Source: Calcarisporiella thermophila CBS 279.70 (taxonomy: Eukaryota; Fungi; Calcarisporiellomycota). Taken from it: a DNA stretch of 64,000 nt. The notes below the pieces were generated by a model. That model was not told the origin of the DNA. It saw nothing but the letters and a program-made list of their open reading frames with translations, and searched no databases. The translations under genes were made by a program, and so were the position numbers. How positions within the stretch are numbered: the first letter of the stretch is position 1; the number at the start of each line of letters is the position of its first letter. The stretch spans positions 1,440,610 to 1,504,609 of the forward strand of contig NW_027192191.1 of assembly GCF_041956535.1 (NCBI RefSeq), in the 5' to 3' direction. Shown here piece by piece: positions 61,530 to 64,000 of the stretch.

Positions 61530-64000
61530 GGTTGGTGAAGCGTGGGCACAGTAGGTTAAATCTGAACGCAAATGCGGAGGAGGTGAACCCTTCGTTGGGG
61601 TCTATCCAGGAGAGATTACAAGTCAAACGATGCTTTGTAAAGCGCAGCGTAGACGGAAATGATGAATCGCTTGTGGGGAGGTTGAGCAGGGCAAAGACAG
61701 GAATGAAAATAGGCGGCAAGCTCAGGTTAGGCCGGCGCGATCTCAGTCAAAACACGTTTGGCTTTTAGGCCCAAGTCGAAGGAAATTACAAAATAAATAT
61801 CTGCACCTCACTTTAGCAATTTTACATAATGAGGCAAATCCCAGGGTCGAACCCGATCATCTCTTGGCCTACGTTCTTCTAAGCAGCCGGGCCCTTTCTC
61901 TCCCTCTCTATCATAGTCACGCCGATGCTCTCGGCCTACCCCATCCTGTATGCCTGGCTCCCCACCTATGTTGACAGGAGCTTTTGTCCACACCATATCC
62001 TGCCGCACCCGGCTCAATTCTATTTGCCAAAATAGGGAAATTGGATCAAAATCCAAACTCAACCACCGTTGAGATTTGGGTTAGCGTATAGAGGAGCAGA
62101 AGGGAGAGGTTCAAATGGGCTCCTCTACGCATTCATGTTATTTCCTAGTAACGCCATAGTATATTATGAAAATTGGTACGCCTATGTTTAAAGTAGAGAA
62201 ACTCCCACGGATATTTTTTTTGGATGCAATTCTAAACCTCCACGAGTTTTTTTATCAACAATTATTTTAAATAACACGTGGGAATTGAAAGATAAATTTA
62301 ACTCGAAAAACATTTTGGATTTTCAGAATATTTTTTAATACATTGGCATGGCCGCAATAAATCAACAATACAACACACAATAGAGTTTTCTAGTGACCTC
62401 AATGGGTCACTACCGAAAATGCGGCAACGATTTAATGCAAACTCTTGGAGATATTTCTCCAAGATGGACGCTGGCCTAACTACAAGTGGGACGGAGAACC
62501 CAAGATTTGATTATTGATTGCTAAGCCCTGCTGTCAATTTTTGGGTCTATCCTTTAGGTTAAGAGACGAGAAACAGCAACAGGCGAGATTGAACAAAAAT
62601 CTTTCATGGTGGTTGGATTACTCAGAACTTGAATAGTGAAGTGTCAGTTCTCTATGAAGAGTGGCGCAGCAAATGGTTGAGTATACTTCGACAGCATGAT
62701 TAGCATGGGAGGACGATACTTGAATCGTTCATTGGGAAGTCTTATTGCTAACGCTTTCCTTGTCCTCGAGAATCTTTGATTTCCTTTGCGATAGCTTCGT
62801 TTATACTGGCTATGTGCTGTTGTTAGTATAAAAAAGGCACTTTTTTCGAAATAATCTTCCACTTTATTTTGAAAAGAGTTCAATGATAGCACATTTTAAA
62901 TTGAGCATTTAATAAAGCAAGTAATCGCCAAAAAGCAGCAATTTAAAGAGCTCCTTATTCAATTATAGCCTGCAGTAATCCTTGGAGAGACCTTTGTAGA
63001 CGCATCCCTTGGTGCATGGTCCATAGTGGTGAGGAACAGAACGAATTTTCTCCTCAAATGGGTAGATGAGTAATAAAACTCAACTAACTGTGGGTATTAG
63101 AGAACGACTTGATAAGTTATATGGAGAGAGAGAGATATGAAGAAAGCGAAGGGGTGGTAGTAGGGGCTACTGCGTCAATCCAGTTCTAGAGCCGCTCTAT
63201 TAGCTCCTTCTTTCACCGCGCCCAGTTTACACCACCTGCTTCGAAACCGCTCAATTTGTCGCTTTATTCGGGCTCATGTTAGCTCGGCTCCTATAGCCTC
63301 CTCAATATCCATCTTGGCCCGAATAATGATGGTTTCGGATGAGGCTCGAGTGCTTTCAAAATGAAAGACGATACGATCCCGATGGATTTGCCACAGTACC
63401 GAATCGAAGGTGATTTGAGCCACATGTCTTGCCGTTCGTGAGGATTCAGATAGGTCTCCTAATATGAGGTTGCGAGCGCTCAGCACCTGAGAATTCTGGG
63501 GGCCTGTGATGGTGATGATACACCTCTCCGCCCACTACCACACTGGTGTAAGTTCCGGTCATTCGAAAAAGAAATGACGAATTGTGTCTCTTGAAGCGTT
63601 GCAACGGGTACGCTTTGGATCGTGACCAGGGAATGTAGAGTTAGTGATTACTCGTTCTACAAGGATCCGCCAGCGTAGCGCACGGTGTTTTGGGAGGGTG
63701 GGTCGTTTATGGACGGAGGTCCAAACCTTCTCCCAGTCCGCGCGCTACGCCTTTCTTTTTTTTGATCAATGCCGAGTCTTTATTGTATAGGAAGACTCTA
63801 AAATACAATTGTTACATTATTATAAGCAATAAAGTGAAAGGGAAGCCAAAGCTAAAGCTTTGTGTGATATCGTAGATCGAAATGATATGTTGGTCATATC
63901 GACTTTCAGCTCAAATAGGTAAGGGAATGGTGAAACCCAACTAACTGTGGATATCAAAGGATAACATGAGAGGTGGGGTGGGTAGTAAACAAATGGAAAC

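Noticed and set aside
62084-62130. Inverted repeat enclosing GGTTCAAAT (tRNA T-loop-like)
   Set aside because: No cloverleaf can be formed; too short for a MITE and no target-site duplication seen.
63180-63290. In-frame TGA codons as selenocysteine
   Set aside because: No selenoprotein motif or SECIS seen; a TAG and a frameshift also interrupt the frame.

Overview
Gene-dense, intron-rich eukaryotic window with short GT-AG introns and CTAAC-type branch points. It holds about 25 protein genes. The mix of fungal genes (Rrn6, Itc1, Mis12, Kre9-like GPI protein, DUR31-like symporter) and genes largely lost from Dikarya (presenilin, MMADHC/CblD, CENATAC/CCDC84, MBIP) suggests an early-diverging fungus, probably Mucoromycota (inference). 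The main find is a canonical TPP riboswitch aptamer (19344-19456) about 390 nt downstream of the stop codon of a DUR31-like sodium:solute symporter, inside a predicted 3'-UTR intron. The intron's GTAAGT donor region pairs at 10 of 11 positions with the aptamer's L5/P5/J5-4 strand, and long G-U-containing hairpins flank the aptamer. This resembles the plant THIC 3'-UTR splicing riboswitch, but on a fungal transporter. Also notable are a MYND-finger-presenilin fusion, a RING-TRAF zinc finger-LRR protein, and a many-exon MBIP homolog that the ORF track shows only as fragments. I recognised no transposon, CRISPR array, rRNA or tRNA. All gene models and pairings were derived by eye; no searches were run.
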